From Octopus sinensis (lineage: Eukaryota): a stretch of 64,000 nucleotides of DNA. Shown here piece by piece: positions 24,931 to 38,416 of the stretch (positions are counted from its first letter, which is position 1; the number at the start of each line of letters is the position of its first letter). The DNA lies in NCBI RefSeq assembly GCF_006345805.1, contig NC_043005.1:10044001-10108000 (forward strand), read 5' to 3'. The notes under the pieces are model-generated. The model worked only from the letters and a program-made list of their open reading frames with translations, did not search any database and was not told the origin of the DNA. Made by a program: the position numbers and the translations under genes.

Positions 24931-25812
24931 GTGTACATGATGGAAAGACACACTAACTCGAAATGTTATTTTTTTTTACCTGTGATTGTTTTTTTTTTAT
25001 GTATTTTATTACCACTTGAAAATGGCTTGAAAGCATTTAGCCATGCTATTCGTGATGCAGGAGCGTTTATTTCTATAAAATTTAATATGGAAGCACTTTC
25101 TAACTCCACCTTTCTCTTCCTTTCTTTGTCTTTCTCTCCATCTCTCTCTCTCTCCCTCCTTCACCCTCTTTCTCCTTCTCTCTCTCTCTCTCTCACTCCT
25201 CTCGAAATCCTTGGAACTTCAAGAGACGTAGAATGTTGTCGCAGCGATCGGGTTATCCTCATGTATCAATGAGAAAGAAATACAATCACTTCCGTGGATT
25301 CTTTACTTTGAAATGCAAACGAAAGGTGTAGCATAAGTGGGACCAGTCTCGATTATCCTATCGGTCTATGCAGCTGCCTACCCCATCCAGTGGCCGGCAG
25401 GTGGATTCCTAGTCTTGTTTGTGAAGGACCGTAGATGAAGGGCACTGCATTTTAAGATGGAGAGTGGCTAGCTTAAAAGGCGGCCATATTCGATATTCAG
25501 CTTCCGATAGCCTTAAACAAAGGGAATGCTCACAATCAAGATTTTGATCATGGATATTTTCGATCAGATTTGACCTGAGTTAACCAAAAAAACAACAACC
25601 ACAAACAATAAAAAGGTATTTACACGATTTCTTGTGAAATGGCAGTCAAATGTCATTAAAATAAAACCCTAGTTTCTGCGAGATTAAAAAAAAAAGACAT
25701 TGGATACTCTAGTCCTAGAGGCATCGGAAAAGGAAAAATGTAAAGGTTAGGCTTGAACACATTTTAGCATAAGGCTGTTCGTTCAAAATAATAATAATAA
25801 TAATAATAATAA

Positions 25813-26432
25813 ATGATAACTCATATTATCTCTGGCTGCCCAGTCCTGGCTAAGAAGGAATACATTCACAGACATGACAGAGTTGGGACCTACATACACT
25901 GGGAGCTATGCCAACATTATGGAATAACAACAGAAAAAAGATGGTATAGGCACACACCAGAAAAGGTCACAGAAAACGAGAAAGCAACCATACTCTGGGA
26001 TATGCCGATACACACAGATAGAGTAATTAAGGCCAACAGACCAGATATAGTTGTCAGAGATCATGAAGAAAAAATGCTTTCTAATTGATGTATCAATCCC
26101 GGCAGATGACAACGTGTCTCTAAAAGAAATGGAGAAAATTTCAAAATACAAAGACCTGGAAATAGAGGTAACCAGAATGTGGAATCTAAAAACAGAAACA
26201 ATTCCTATCATAGTAGGTGCATTAGGTATGATAAAAAAATATTCAGACAAATACATAACAAAAACACCAGGACTTAGAAACACATATAACATACAGAAAA
26301 TTGCACTACTAGGCACTGCACACATCCTACGCAGAACACTTTCCATACAATAACCATCAGAGCATCACAACAAATCACAGCACATACCCAAGGCGCACAG
26401 AGCTGCGCTCGGTAGTGAAGTGAAAGCACGTT
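25813..26432 (+). mobile_element. R4/Dong-clade LINE, 5'-truncated 3' end (end of CCHC plus restriction-like endonuclease)
   Basis: HIISGC...YIHRHD, ILWD, NRPDIVV, LIDVSIP, KYKDL, GALG. One frameshift in an A-run at ~26070. The 5' flank is (AAT)n, consistent with Dong (TAA)n targeting. Confidence 0.92.
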
Positions 26433-26435
26433 ATA

Positions 26436-26436
26436 A

Positions 26437-26486
<50 letters not shown>

Positions 26487-26554
26487 CATCATCATCATCA
26501 TCATCATCATATCATCATCATCATCATCATCATCTCATCATCATCATCATCATC

Positions 26555-26589
<35 letters not shown>

Positions 26590-26598
26590 TATTATTAT
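26436..26598. repeat. (ATG)n(CAT)n(AAT)n(ATT)n compound, self-complementary microsatellite
   Basis: Direct reading. Confidence 0.95.
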
Positions 26599-26830
26599 TC
26601 AGGGACCTTTTGAGCGGGATGGGCTACTCAACCTGAAGAAAATTCTAACTGGGCCCCACCTGCAAGGTCATGTGCTGTTTATCTTGATATGAGATCACCA
26701 TGTCGAGCACATATGGTTGTGATGCATGTGCCTAGTGTACCCTTATCAGACGGGTAGTCATGATGGGTATATTGGGCTTCGTATATTTTACCCCAGTGTC
26801 ACTTTGATGGCATGAACTGCTCTCTCACTC
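26599..26830 (+). mobile_element. Probable 3'-end fragment of a second (AAT)n-associated retroelement
   Basis: A 230-bp complex insert between (ATT)n and (AAT)n tracts, ending ctctctcactc(aat)n. Confidence 0.5.
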
Positions 26831-26867
<37 letters not shown>

Positions 26868-27442
26868 TTCGGCTGTCCGTTGAAAAACAGTCAGTAAATT
26901 AAAATTATTCGGCCAAAGCTGATTAAAAAAGAATCTCTTTGAAATGTTTCTAAAAGTTCATCCTGAAAGCAACACATTAAAAATATATATTCAATGTCAA
27001 TCACTTTCAGGAATTTTGATTCTGAAATCTTCGGAAGGTTTTCTTTCAGTTTTAAATATTCATATTAGGTGTTCTTTACTACTTCCTCTTCTGCCACACT
27101 CTTCACAGAAGATTCACAAATATTGATTGATTTTTCGGATGTGAAAATGTTGGCATAAGATTTTAAAGAAATCTGAAAGTTAATGTAAGGTACAAAATGG
27201 AATGTAAAAAGAGAATCAAAAAGAAATTTTTCATTTTCATGATTATAATTTATTGCAAATCAAGGACCATTTCTATGATTTTGAATTTTAAATGAAGGAA
27301 TCCAGGAATTACGGTACATTACACATAGATCCCTTAGAATTTTAATGTAGGGATCGCCTCTATATTTTGATATATTCTTACATTTTAGACAGAAGCTTCC
27401 ACTTGCAGCAGTAGCATATGTTTCTACCTTCCTCTACAATAT

Positions 27443-28340
27443 AGATTTCAAATTTTAGCTCAAGGTGAACAATTTCGGGGAAGGGAGTAAGCCGATTACA
27501 TCGACCCCAATATTAAATTTATACTTATTTGATTGGCTCCGAAAGCATGAGAGGCGAGATCAACCTCGGCAGAATTTGAGCTCTGAACGCAAAGACGTCA
27601 GAGCTCAAAGATGAAATGCCGTCAAGCATTTTGCCTGGCGTGGTAAAGTTTCGGCCAGCTCGCTGCCTTACAAACTTACTCTATATTATTGGCTTCAATG
27701 TTTGGCACAAGGTCAGGAATTTCGAGTGAGAGGAAATTTGATTATATGGACCCCATTTCTCTACTGGTACATGTTTTATCTACACTGAAAAGATAAAAAG
27801 CAAAATGGACCTCCGTGTAACTCGAACTCAGAACATAAAGACAGACGAAAGGCCGGAAAGCATTTTGTCCGGCGCGCTAACGATTCTTAATTCTTTATTG
27901 CCCATATGGGACTAAGCACAGAGGGGACAAACAAGGACAGACAAAGAGATTAAGTCGATTACATCGATTCCAGTGCATAACTGGTACTTATTTAATCGAC
28001 CCCGAAAGGATGAAAGGCAAAGTCGACCTCGGCGGAATTTGAACTCAGAACGTAGCGGCAGACGAAATACCGCTAGGCATTTCGCCCGGCGTACTAACGT
28101 TTCTGCCAGCTCGCCACCTTACCTTCCTTTATAATATTAGTTTCAAATTATAGCGCAAGGCCAGACATTTCGAGTGGGGTTGGGTAAAGTCGATAACGTC
28201 GACCCCACTGATCAATTGTTACTTAACATATCAACCCCGAAAGGAAAATCAATCTCGGCGGAATTTGAACTCAAAACTTAAAGACAGACGAAATGCCAGG
28301 AAGAATTTTATCGGACGTGCTAACAACTCTGCTAGCTTGC
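27443..28340 (-). mobile_element. Cluster of about four SINE-B units, including a young Tx1-tailed copy at 27888-28120
   Basis: Repeated reverse-complement bodies cctcggcggaatttgaactca. Confidence 0.85.
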
Positions 28341-28943
28341 TGCTTTACCGTTCCGTAAAATATTGAAGCCTAATCGTGTGAGAGATGATATCATCTCAAT
28401 TGGGACTTGAATAAAATTGGAGATATCGATTTCAAAGTCTGTATACGCCACTTGTCAAAATGTTCTAGAATGCAATAATAATGCAAGAAAGCAAAATATA
28501 TTTCCAGCTAACAGATTTTAAAGTTATTAATACATTATGCCGATTAAATGTTATCAAAGAAATCCTCAGATGTTTCGTTTGCCGAATCTAAAAAAAAGAG
28601 AGAAAAAAATTCTGTTTTATACACACTCTTTTTTCACTAAACCATCCTCGGTGTACATGAAAGACTTTCACAGAGAGTAAGTTCAGAAGACTTACATTGC
28701 GCTTGGGCATTTGTTTTGTATAAACAGCTATGTGATAGATAATAATCTGCGATTGTGCTTACATAGCTAAAACATCTGTACCAATGACTTTGCTTATATC
28801 TAATTTAATTAATATCCAAGGACTTAAAACAACTGTATTATGTTAGAATCATGGTAAACATTAAAATATGAATTTCATCACATATAATAGTAGGTAAGTA
28901 GGTCTGCACACACACACACACACATGCATATACAAACACACAC

Positions 28944-28999
<56 letters not shown>

Positions 29000-29276
29000 A
29001 ATAGGTAGATAGATAGATAGATACAAACACACACACATACACACGCACACACACATACACACACACACATATATATATATACAGAGAGAGAGAGAAATAG
29101 GTAGATAGATAGATACATACATACATACATACACACATACACACATGTAAATATATACGAATGTGTGTTTAGATAGATACATGCATACATACATAATACA
29201 TGCATATATACACACACATACATACATACATGCATACATACATTCATACTTGTATGCATGCATATATGCATACATA

Positions 29277-30107
29277 CGAGGGGGTACCCAAAAGAAACTG
29301 GATTTTACAATATTATTTTATTCCCTTAGATTTCCATGTTTACACTTTTATCGCCTTCAAAGTATCCCCCATTTGAAGCAATGCATTGGTTCAGATGTGT
29401 TTTCCATTGTTGGAAGCAATGTTGGAACGCTTGTAAAGAGATGCTTTTTCAACACCTCCGTCGTTCTTTTCTTCACATCTTCCACATCTGCAAATTCCGT
29501 AACACCAGCTTTCATCACCAGTGATGACCTTCTAGTAAAGGTCTACATCAACTTCTAATTGCTGTTTCAGTTCACGTGACTGCTTTTGATCTTCCGTGAG
29601 CAAACGAAGCACAAATTTTGCTGCAGCTCTTTTCAGTCGTTGGCAGGAGCTGCAGGACACGACTATCATATCAACAAGTTCGTCAATTGTCCAGTGACGG
29701 TCTTCCAAGATCAGTTCATGATGTTTTTGCTCGTTCCGGAGGTCGATGGTCGCCTTGAACGAGGTTGGTCATCAAGAGGTAAGTGACCATTCCTAAAGCT
29801 TGAAAACCACTCGTAAAATTGTGTTTTGCTCATGGCAGCGTTACCTTGTAAGATACTCGAAATATGACAACTGTTTCAATCGCCGTTTTCAGAATTTCAC
29901 CGAAGTACGCTGTTCCTTCTTTTCAATCAAATCAAAAATTGACGAACAGGCGAGAAACACTGCAAAACAAAGACGCACAACGTGGCAGTCCGACCTCAAC
30001 CGAAGAAGCCTGTAGGTTGCATCAAATGGCTTCTAGCGGCGGAAATCCGAACTACAGCGGGCTTATACTAGAGAGAGAGTTTCCGGTTAATTTCGGGTAA
30101 CCTCTCG
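29277..30107 (-). mobile_element. Internally deleted mariner element with both terminal inverted repeats (TIRs)
   Basis: TA|CGAGGGGGTACCCAAAAGAAAC ... CCGGTTAATTTCGGGTAACCTCTCG|TA. Minus-strand remnants LDDQPRSRRPSTS and CFQQWKTHLNQCIASNGGYFEGD. Confidence 0.85.
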
Positions 30108-30204
30108 TAATACATACATACATACATACATACATACATACATACATACATACATACATACATACATACATGTCTGTGTGTGTGAGTATCTATGCAGATG
30201 TGTT

Positions 30205-30550
<346 letters not shown>

Positions 30551-31129
30551 ATGAATGTATGTGCATGTATGTATGTATGTTTAATTCTAAATCTTGTTCG
30601 TAAGTAAAGAATTCAGAATTTAAGCAAGAATTCTAAAAGTGTGCATTAAAATACTATTAGTGTGTGCTCTACAAAGAACTCTATAATTGAATTATGTCTC
30701 ACATCTTATTTCTGCTAAAGGAATATACTATTATTTTATTAACTTTTCAGTCGATCTTGATAGATCATGTCTCTTCTTCATATGTACATAGATTGACAAC
30801 GTAAGAAATGTGTAAACATGTGTCTTGAGTGCGTATATGTGGAAGCATTACGGCCACTTACGGTTTTGTTACTAAGAAGCCTCCTACACAGAAGTGCGTT
30901 TTGGCTGAGCTATATACACATATATACAACCACAAGCACGCTTATACACCCATATATATTTACATACACAGATACACACACACACAGATAGTCGCACACA
31001 TACATACATATAAACATGTATGTATGTGTGTGTGTCTGTGTGAATATACATATATGTAATTTGTGTACACACATACACAGAAATATATATATATATATAT
31101 ATATATATGCATATATATATATATAGCAT

Positions 31130-32035
31130 AGGCGTTGCTGTGTGGTTAGAAGCTTGCTTCCCAACCACATGGTTCTGGTTTCAGTCCCTCCGCATGGCAC
31201 CTTAGGCAAGTGTCTTTTGCTAAAGCTTCGTGCTGACTGAAGCCTTGTGAGTGGATTTTGTAGACGGAAACTGAAATAAGCGCAAAGTATATGAATATAT
31301 ATATATATATATATATAGCACTATACAATGTTTCACCAAAAGCTATTTGTGTGTATGTGTGTGTGTGTGTGTGCGTGTTTAATTTTGTGTCTCTGATTGT
31401 TCTCCATGACAATCATGACAACCGGTGCTGGTGTGTTTACGTCACCGTATCTTAGCAGTTCAGAAAAAGAAACATAGACTAACTGTGCCTAAAAGAATAA
31501 ATTCCGGGATCGATTTGTTCGACTGAAACCTTTCAAGACGGTGCTGCAGCATGGCCGCAGTCAAATGACTGAAACAAGTAAAAGATATGCTTATATATTA
31601 TATATATATACAATATACACACACACATGCGCGTATCTATATACATGTGTGGTAAGTAGCTTGCTTACTAACCACATAGTTCCGGGTTCACTCCGATTGC
31701 GATGCACCTTGGGCAAGTGTCTTCTGCTATAGCCACGGGCCGACCAAAGCCTTGTAAGTGGATTTGGTAGACGGAAACTGAAAGAAGCCCGTCGTATATA
31801 TGTATATATGTGTGTGTGTTCGTGTGTCTGTGTTTGTTCCCTCCCGCCAACATTGCTTGACAACCGATGGTGGTGTGTTTACGTACTCTTAACCTAGCGG
31901 TTCGGCAACAGTGGTCGATAGAATAAGTACTAGACTTACAAAGAATAAGTCCTGGGGTCAATTTGCTCGGCTGAAGGCGGTGCTCCAGCATAGCCGCAGT
32001 CAAATGACTGAAACAAGTAAAAGAGTAAAAAAGAG
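31130..32035 (+). mobile_element. Two consecutive SINE family A copies (31130-31585 and 31647-32035)
   Basis: The family A head and tail each occur twice. Confidence 0.87.
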
Positions 32036-32235
32036 TGTGTGTGTGTGTGCGTGTGTATTTGTGTGAGTGTGTGTGTGTGTGTAGGTCAGTCTTCTTTCAG
32101 CGTCCGTCTACTAAATCCTCTCACAGAGCTTTATTTGGTCCAACGCTACAGTATTAATAGAAATCCCCAGCTGAAGGTGCCACGCAGTGGAACTAATCTT
32201 AGAACCATGTGGTTGGGAAACATACATTTATATGC

Positions 32236-32326
<91 letters not shown>

Positions 32327-32344
32327 TATATATATATATATATA

Positions 32345-32743
32345 TTATATATAAAAGTCAAGTTGTGTGTCTGTCTGTCTCCTACGATTTAGATTCCTAA
32401 CTACTCCCACATTTTGCGGTGCAGTTTAACCAAAACCGGGTATCTTACAGTCGTGATTCATATCGAGTCCTTCTGGGTATTAGCGCGCGTCTACGATGAG
32501 TCTACGATTTTAAAAATAATTTACCATCATTTTTTCCATTTTAATGCATTTTTTCGCTATTATATAAGGGAAGTAACTCTCTAAAAATGTCTACGATGAG
32601 TCAACGATTTCTAAAAAAATTTACCATAATTTTTTTTCCATTTTTAATGCATATTATTTTGCTACTTTTTGGCTATAATTCTCTAAAAATTCTTGTATAG
32701 TTATTTCCCTTACAAACCCGAGCAACACCGGGCGATACTGCTA

Positions 32744-32744
<1 letters not shown>
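32345..32744 (+). mobile_element. Non-autonomous Helitron, family 1, inside (TA)n
   Basis: Matches 9278-9673; ends in hairpin plus CTAG|T. Confidence 0.9.
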
Positions 32745-32817
<73 letters not shown>

Positions 32818-33009
32818 GTTCTTTTATTCAAAGTCTTCTTTTCTCTATTGATGGAATTTACAATAATAAAAACAATGTCCCTTTTTGAATTTCAGAGAAA
32901 ATACACGCGCGTAAACACACACACATACACACGCGCACACACACACACACACATGTATATATAAACATGTATATCTACCTACATGTGGGTATGTATATAT
33001 TATATATAC

Positions 33010-33060
<51 letters not shown>

Positions 33061-33164
33061 CGTGGGTAGAGAATTTGATTTTGAAAATACACCTGAATTT
33101 GAAAAGTGAGTCATTATTTTTAAGTAGATTTATTTACATATATATGAAACTAGTTTAAACAGTA

Positions 33165-33423
33165 GAGGTGCAATGGCCCAGTGGTTAGGGCAGCGGACGC
33201 GTGGTCGTAGGATTGCTTTCGATTCCCAGACCGCACGTTGTGAGTGTTTATTGAGCGGAAACACCTAAAGCTCCACGCGGTTCCTGCTGTACTCTTTCAC
33301 CACATTCTTTCTTCCTGTTTCTTTTGTATTTCAAAGGACCAGCCTTGTCACACTACTCAGCCACTTACGCATTAATTTCACGAGCAGGCTGTTCTGTTGA
33401 TCGGATCAACTGGAACCCTCGTT
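33165..33423 (+). mobile_element. SINE family C, internally deleted
   Basis: caatggcccagtggttagggcagcggac...atcaactggaaccctcgt. Confidence 0.8.
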
Positions 33424-33669
33424 TATAAAACAATGAGATTTTAACAGAGTTTAAAATTACGAAGCAATGTGTGTATGTGTTTGTACATATATATAATATA
33501 ATATATTAGCAGAATGAAAATTAAAACGGAAGAAGCACGGGGAAAATTTCGTCATTTTTACTAATCAACTTGAAAGCTGATTACGACAGGTATTGCCTCA
33601 ATACCATAACACTGTGTATACAGTACACTTACGTAGGCATAGGTAGGAATTGTTTGGGGTATGTTCTGT

Positions 33670-34212
33670 TCTTTTACACGTTTCAGGCATTTGACTGCAG
33701 CCATGCTGGAGCACCTTTAGTCGACGAAATTTACCCCCAAGACTTATTCTTTGTAAGCCTAGTACTTATTTTATCGGACTCTATGGCCGAACCATTATGT
33801 TATGGGGACGTAAACACACCGACATCAGCAGTCAAGCGTTGGTGGAGGGACAAAAATACAGACACAAAAAAACAAAAGACGAAGACGAGCGTGTAAAGAA
33901 CAAACAGGTGTATTAGTTTAACGCTCGGGAAGTGAGAAAGTCTTTTACTTTTCGAGCCTACGCTCTTCGACAGAAAGGAATACAAAAATAAACAGGGAGA
34001 GAAAATAGAAAAGGGTTTTGTGGCTGACGATCTATCATGGCGAATGCCGGACATACACGACGGGCTTCTTTCAGTTTTCGTCCACCAACTCCTCTTGCAA
34101 GGCTTTGGTCGGCCCGAGGCTATAGCAGAATACACTTGTCCTAGGTGGCACGCAGTGGAACTGAACACGGAACCACGGGGAAGGGATGCAAGCTTCGCAC
34201 ACAACTATGCCT
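33670..34212 (-). mobile_element. SINE family A interrupted centrally by a PLE terminal-repeat fragment (33875-34053)
   Basis: Family A halves flank a segment homologous to 18317-18495. Confidence 0.85.
33942..33977 (-). ncRNA. Degenerate minimal type I hammerhead ribozyme motif
   Basis: Minus strand: CUUU CUGUCGA A GAGC GUAG GCUC GAAA AG UA AAAG. Stems I and II pair; the core has an A6-to-U change. Confidence 0.55.
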
Positions 34213-34354
34213 GAGCCTACCATCCGGTAAACATTTTATCTTCTTCCTGGGATTCGCGGTGAACGACATAAAAGCCAGTCTGACATTCGGTGATATGTTA
34301 TCCAGAGAGTTAATCAGCAGTAGTTTCATTTTCATTGATACATTTAATACAAAT

Positions 34355-34682
34355 GGGAAGCACTCCGTCGGTTACGACGATGAGGGTTCCGGTTGATCCG
34401 ATCAACGGAACAGCCTGCTCGTGAAATTAACGTGTAAGTGGCTGAGCACTCCACAGACACGTGTACCCTTAACGTAGTTCTCGGGGATATTCAGCGTGAC
34501 ACAGAAAGTGGCAAGGCCGGCCCTTTGAAATACAGGTACAACAGAAAGAGGAAGTAAGAGTGAGAGAAAGTTGTGGTGAAAGAGTACAGCAGGGATCACC
34601 ACCATCCCCTGCCGGAGCCTTCTGGAGCTTTTAGGTGTTTTCGCTCAATAAACACTCACAACGCCCGGTCTGGGAATCGAAA
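34355..34682 (-). mobile_element. SINE family C, head truncated
   Basis: Near-identical to 63006-63335. Confidence 0.9.
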
Positions 34683-35832
34683 ATTTAATACAAATGATAC
34701 GTTTGAGAACTGAAATAACACTTGGCCTTACTTTGGTTTGAACTGACTTCGTCATTATTAATTTAAATTCGCCTTGATATTTCCTATAAACCCGTGCCTC
34801 ATCAGCAGTAAAACTCCTCGTGAAAAATACTGGGAGATCAGAATCAAATTTGTTAACAAAAGATGTTGCACAACTCAGCATCTTTTTGCCATTGAATGCT
34901 GATGTCTAAAGTTAAATGAATTCATCAATAACTAATCTTATTCTTATTCAGGGGTTCATTAAACATTTGCCGAGTAGAACTTTTAGTTAGTTACGTACAA
35001 CCTGGGCTCGTCACTAATTCTGTGTAGACTTCATTTATAGAAATTGAAGGACGCTTTGAGTCTTACCGTTCTCTAAAGAGTTCCTTCCATTCCCGTATAG
35101 GTAGTGGAACCATTGCTTTATGGCCATACAACGTTTCCTACTACTTTATCCAGCTCGTCATAAAATCCTCCTATGGTTTTGTATTGCGGTTATTTCTGGA
35201 AAGATCTTTTGTGATGTAAGAATATAATTACCAATAATTTATAATTATACAATGTGTACATTTGCTTCTTTCTTATTAATCTTTGTACAATGTAGTTATT
35301 TTAATGTATAATATTTTTTGGCACTAACTTTTAGGCGTCCGAGAACTAATTGTTTTTAACGAACTATCACTGTTTATATCACATGAACGTTTCTCATATA
35401 TAATTGCATTGAATAAGAAAACTCCCTTGAGGCATCGTCTTTCAGGCATATTTTTGAGTCATCAAGAAAGTCACTATAATCCATCTTCATATCTGTGTGT
35501 TTATGTGTAGTTCTCTGTGTGTGTGTAACTGTGTGCATGTGTGTGCGTGTCTGTGTGTCTAAGATTGTGTGCATGTGTGTGTGAGTGCGTGTGTGTCTGT
35601 GACTGTGTGCATGTGTGTGTGAGTGTGTGTGTGTCTGTGACTGTGTGAATGTGTGTGTGAGTGTGCGTCTGTATGCCTGTGTGTTTGTGAGTGTATGTGT
35701 GTATTAAGCACACTTACATCTCTCCAACTGAGATGAGCGTGTTTTGTTGAAGAGACCTAAGAAGGCCGAAAAATCCTTGTTCCTTGGATTTAAAAACCAA
35801 ATTCCTTTGAAGCGAAAATACTATTTTTGCCA

Positions 35833-36230
35833 AAGGCGACGAGATAGCAGAAACATTAGCACGCCGGGCGAAATGCGTAGCCGTATTTCGTCTGCCGTTA
35901 CGTTCTGAGTTCAAATTCTGCCGAGGTCGACTTTGCCTTTCATCCTTTCGGGGTCGATAAATTAAGTACCAGTTACGCACTGTGGTCGATATAATCGACT
36001 TAATCTGTTTGTCTATCCTTGTTTGTCCTCTCTGTGTTTAGCCCCTTGTGGGTAATAAAGAAATAGGTATTTCGTCAGTCTTTTCGTTCTGAGTTCAAAT
36101 TCCGTTAAGGTCGACTTTGCCTTTCATCCTTTTGGGATCGATAAATTAATTACCAGTAGCGTGCTGGGGTCGTTCTAATCAACTGAGCCCCTCCCCCAAA
36201 ATTTCGGGCCTTTTACCTAGAGTAGAAAAG
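35833..36230 (+). mobile_element. SINE-B composite: head-body-Tx1-like tail, then body-tail 1
   Basis: Junction aaagaaata|ggtatttcgtc at ~36065. Confidence 0.9.
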
Positions 36231-36435
36231 TATATTATTATTGCCAATTTTATGAGCAACTAACCTTATTGGACTTATATAATTTTTATTATTGCTTTAG
36301 ATATTTTAAACATCATTGAGGGGTGGAAATTTTTTCTAAAAACTGTTTGGATATCATTAGATTACACGTGAGTCTCTACCGTGCATGCAAAACTTTATTT
36401 CGAGCTATCCTCCCTGAGTCATAATGTTGATATAC

Positions 36436-36474
<39 letters not shown>

Positions 36475-36735
36475 AAAGTAAGATAGGGGTTATGAGGGTA
36501 ACCCACTATGGGATATCAGTTACCCAATAGTTTATTTGTATTATTTTTATTGTATTACTAATTTGCATATTGAGTATATTGTTTTGTTCGATTTTCAAGT
36601 TCCTATTCGTATAATTAATAAATAATATGAATTGTAATATCTGTAAGTTGATGATCGAAATGATTTGTTCCTCCATTTTCTTATTTGTATATATACATAT
36701 CATATATATATATATTATAATATATATATATATTT

Positions 36736-36767
<32 letters not shown>

Positions 36768-36785
36768 ATTATTATTATATATTGC

Positions 36786-36862
<77 letters not shown>

Positions 36863-36864
<2 letters not shown>

Positions 36865-37360
36865 AGCAGTATCGCCCCGGCGTTGCTCTGGTTTGTAAGG
36901 GAAATAACTATATAAGTATTTTTAGAGAGTTACTTCCTTTATAGATGCCAATTCTGGCTTTCTTAGCCATTTCTGTTTTGGTGTCTTCAAGCCATGAAGT
37001 CGTTGTTCTAAAAGAACGCTGGTCTCCTTGACAACGCATTACGACGTTGATTTCCTTACACTCCCTTCCCCACAGCTTCACGAGGGAGGGAAGAAAGGGG
37101 AGAAGCAAACAGGTGCAGGTGTGACCATGGACGCCAACTCCGCCGTCATCGGCACACGAAAAATTATGCATTAAAACGGAATAAAAAATGATGTTAAATT
37201 ATTTTTAAAATCGTAGACTCATCGTAGACGCGCGCTAATAGCCAGACGGGCTTGATATTAATCACGACTATAAGATACCCGAATTTGGTTAAACTGCACC
37301 GCAAAATGTGGGAGGAGTTAGGAATCTAAATCGTAGGAGACAGACACTCACACAACTACA

Positions 37361-37365
<5 letters not shown>
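36863..37365 (-). mobile_element. Non-autonomous Helitron, family 1, variant with an extra internal segment
   Basis: Termini match 9278-9673; 36945-37160 is absent from the other copies. Confidence 0.87.
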
Positions 37366-37400
<35 letters not shown>

Positions 37401-38416
37401 ATGTATTTCCGAAGCTCTCTATATTCAATAAATGTGTATTATGGACTACTACACTCTGTAAATGATTACACTACTCTAAATAAACTAAAATGGTCTGATA
37501 GATCTATGAACGACAAACACTCTGAAATATAATTTAGTCGAGAGTCTCAATGGCTTCGATAATAAACAGGATACTAAAAGATGAATGTTTGATTCAGTGC
37601 GTGATTAAAGATCACGAAATATAAGAAACATCTATTGATAGAATATGCAACTTGTACGACATTGTTTCTTTAAAGAATACTTTTCTTTCACTCTAACATG
37701 TGACAAAGCAATCGATAGCTTCACATCAAACAATACTGACATTATGCAGATGAAATTATGTACCAATAACCAGCTTCTATGAGTGGCATGCTTCTGATAT
37801 TAGATATTTAAAAAATAATTTGATATTCACAACTTGGCTAATTAATCATTTTCATTATTTATGTAATAGGAAAGTTAGCACATTTGATCGAGTGACAAAA
37901 CGGAGAGGAAACAAAATTCTGTCGGCTGCGTTAGTTTCTAGCGTTCAAATCTTCATGAATAATTTTCAGCTTCTATGTTCCCTGTGCGATCCCTAAAGAG
38001 GATCGCTGAAAAAGGAGCCTCTATCGAAGTTTTCGCCTCATTAAAAAGAAGAACGCGTCTATTATGAATATCTCGAATTAATTCTTCATCGATTCATTTT
38101 TTTTGCTTTTGCCTATATTTTATTGGCAAAAAAGAACCGCAGGAAGCCAGCTTGACCCATGACCTTTTCACATCCTCTGTGACTAACGAGATTGACGTGA
38201 AGAATTAATTGAAGAATTGCAAGTTGATGGCTTTAGAGGAAAATGTTCAAAGACTCCTGCGCAACACGTCAAGTAGTAAGGCTGAATCCAATACCACATA
38301 GTTGAGAATCTCTCAACCGCACAGCCACGCCATGTGTATACCTATGAGGTCGCGCCAATTGTCTTTGACCCTCCATCTTTATCTTATACAATTATGGTAA
38401 GTCAAGAGAAGCTAAT

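Noticed and set aside
27443-28340. CRISPR-like or satellite array of recurring units
   Set aside because: The units are 130-230-bp SINE-B copies, not short repeats with unique spacers; the context is eukaryotic.
29277-30107. Intact transposase
   Set aside because: Only 830 bp, catalytic region deleted, reading frames broken.
36486-36530. Hairpin with cugaua-ccca-uag-uggg on the minus strand
   Set aside because: The core lacks CUGANGA and GAAA; too degenerate to call a ribozyme.
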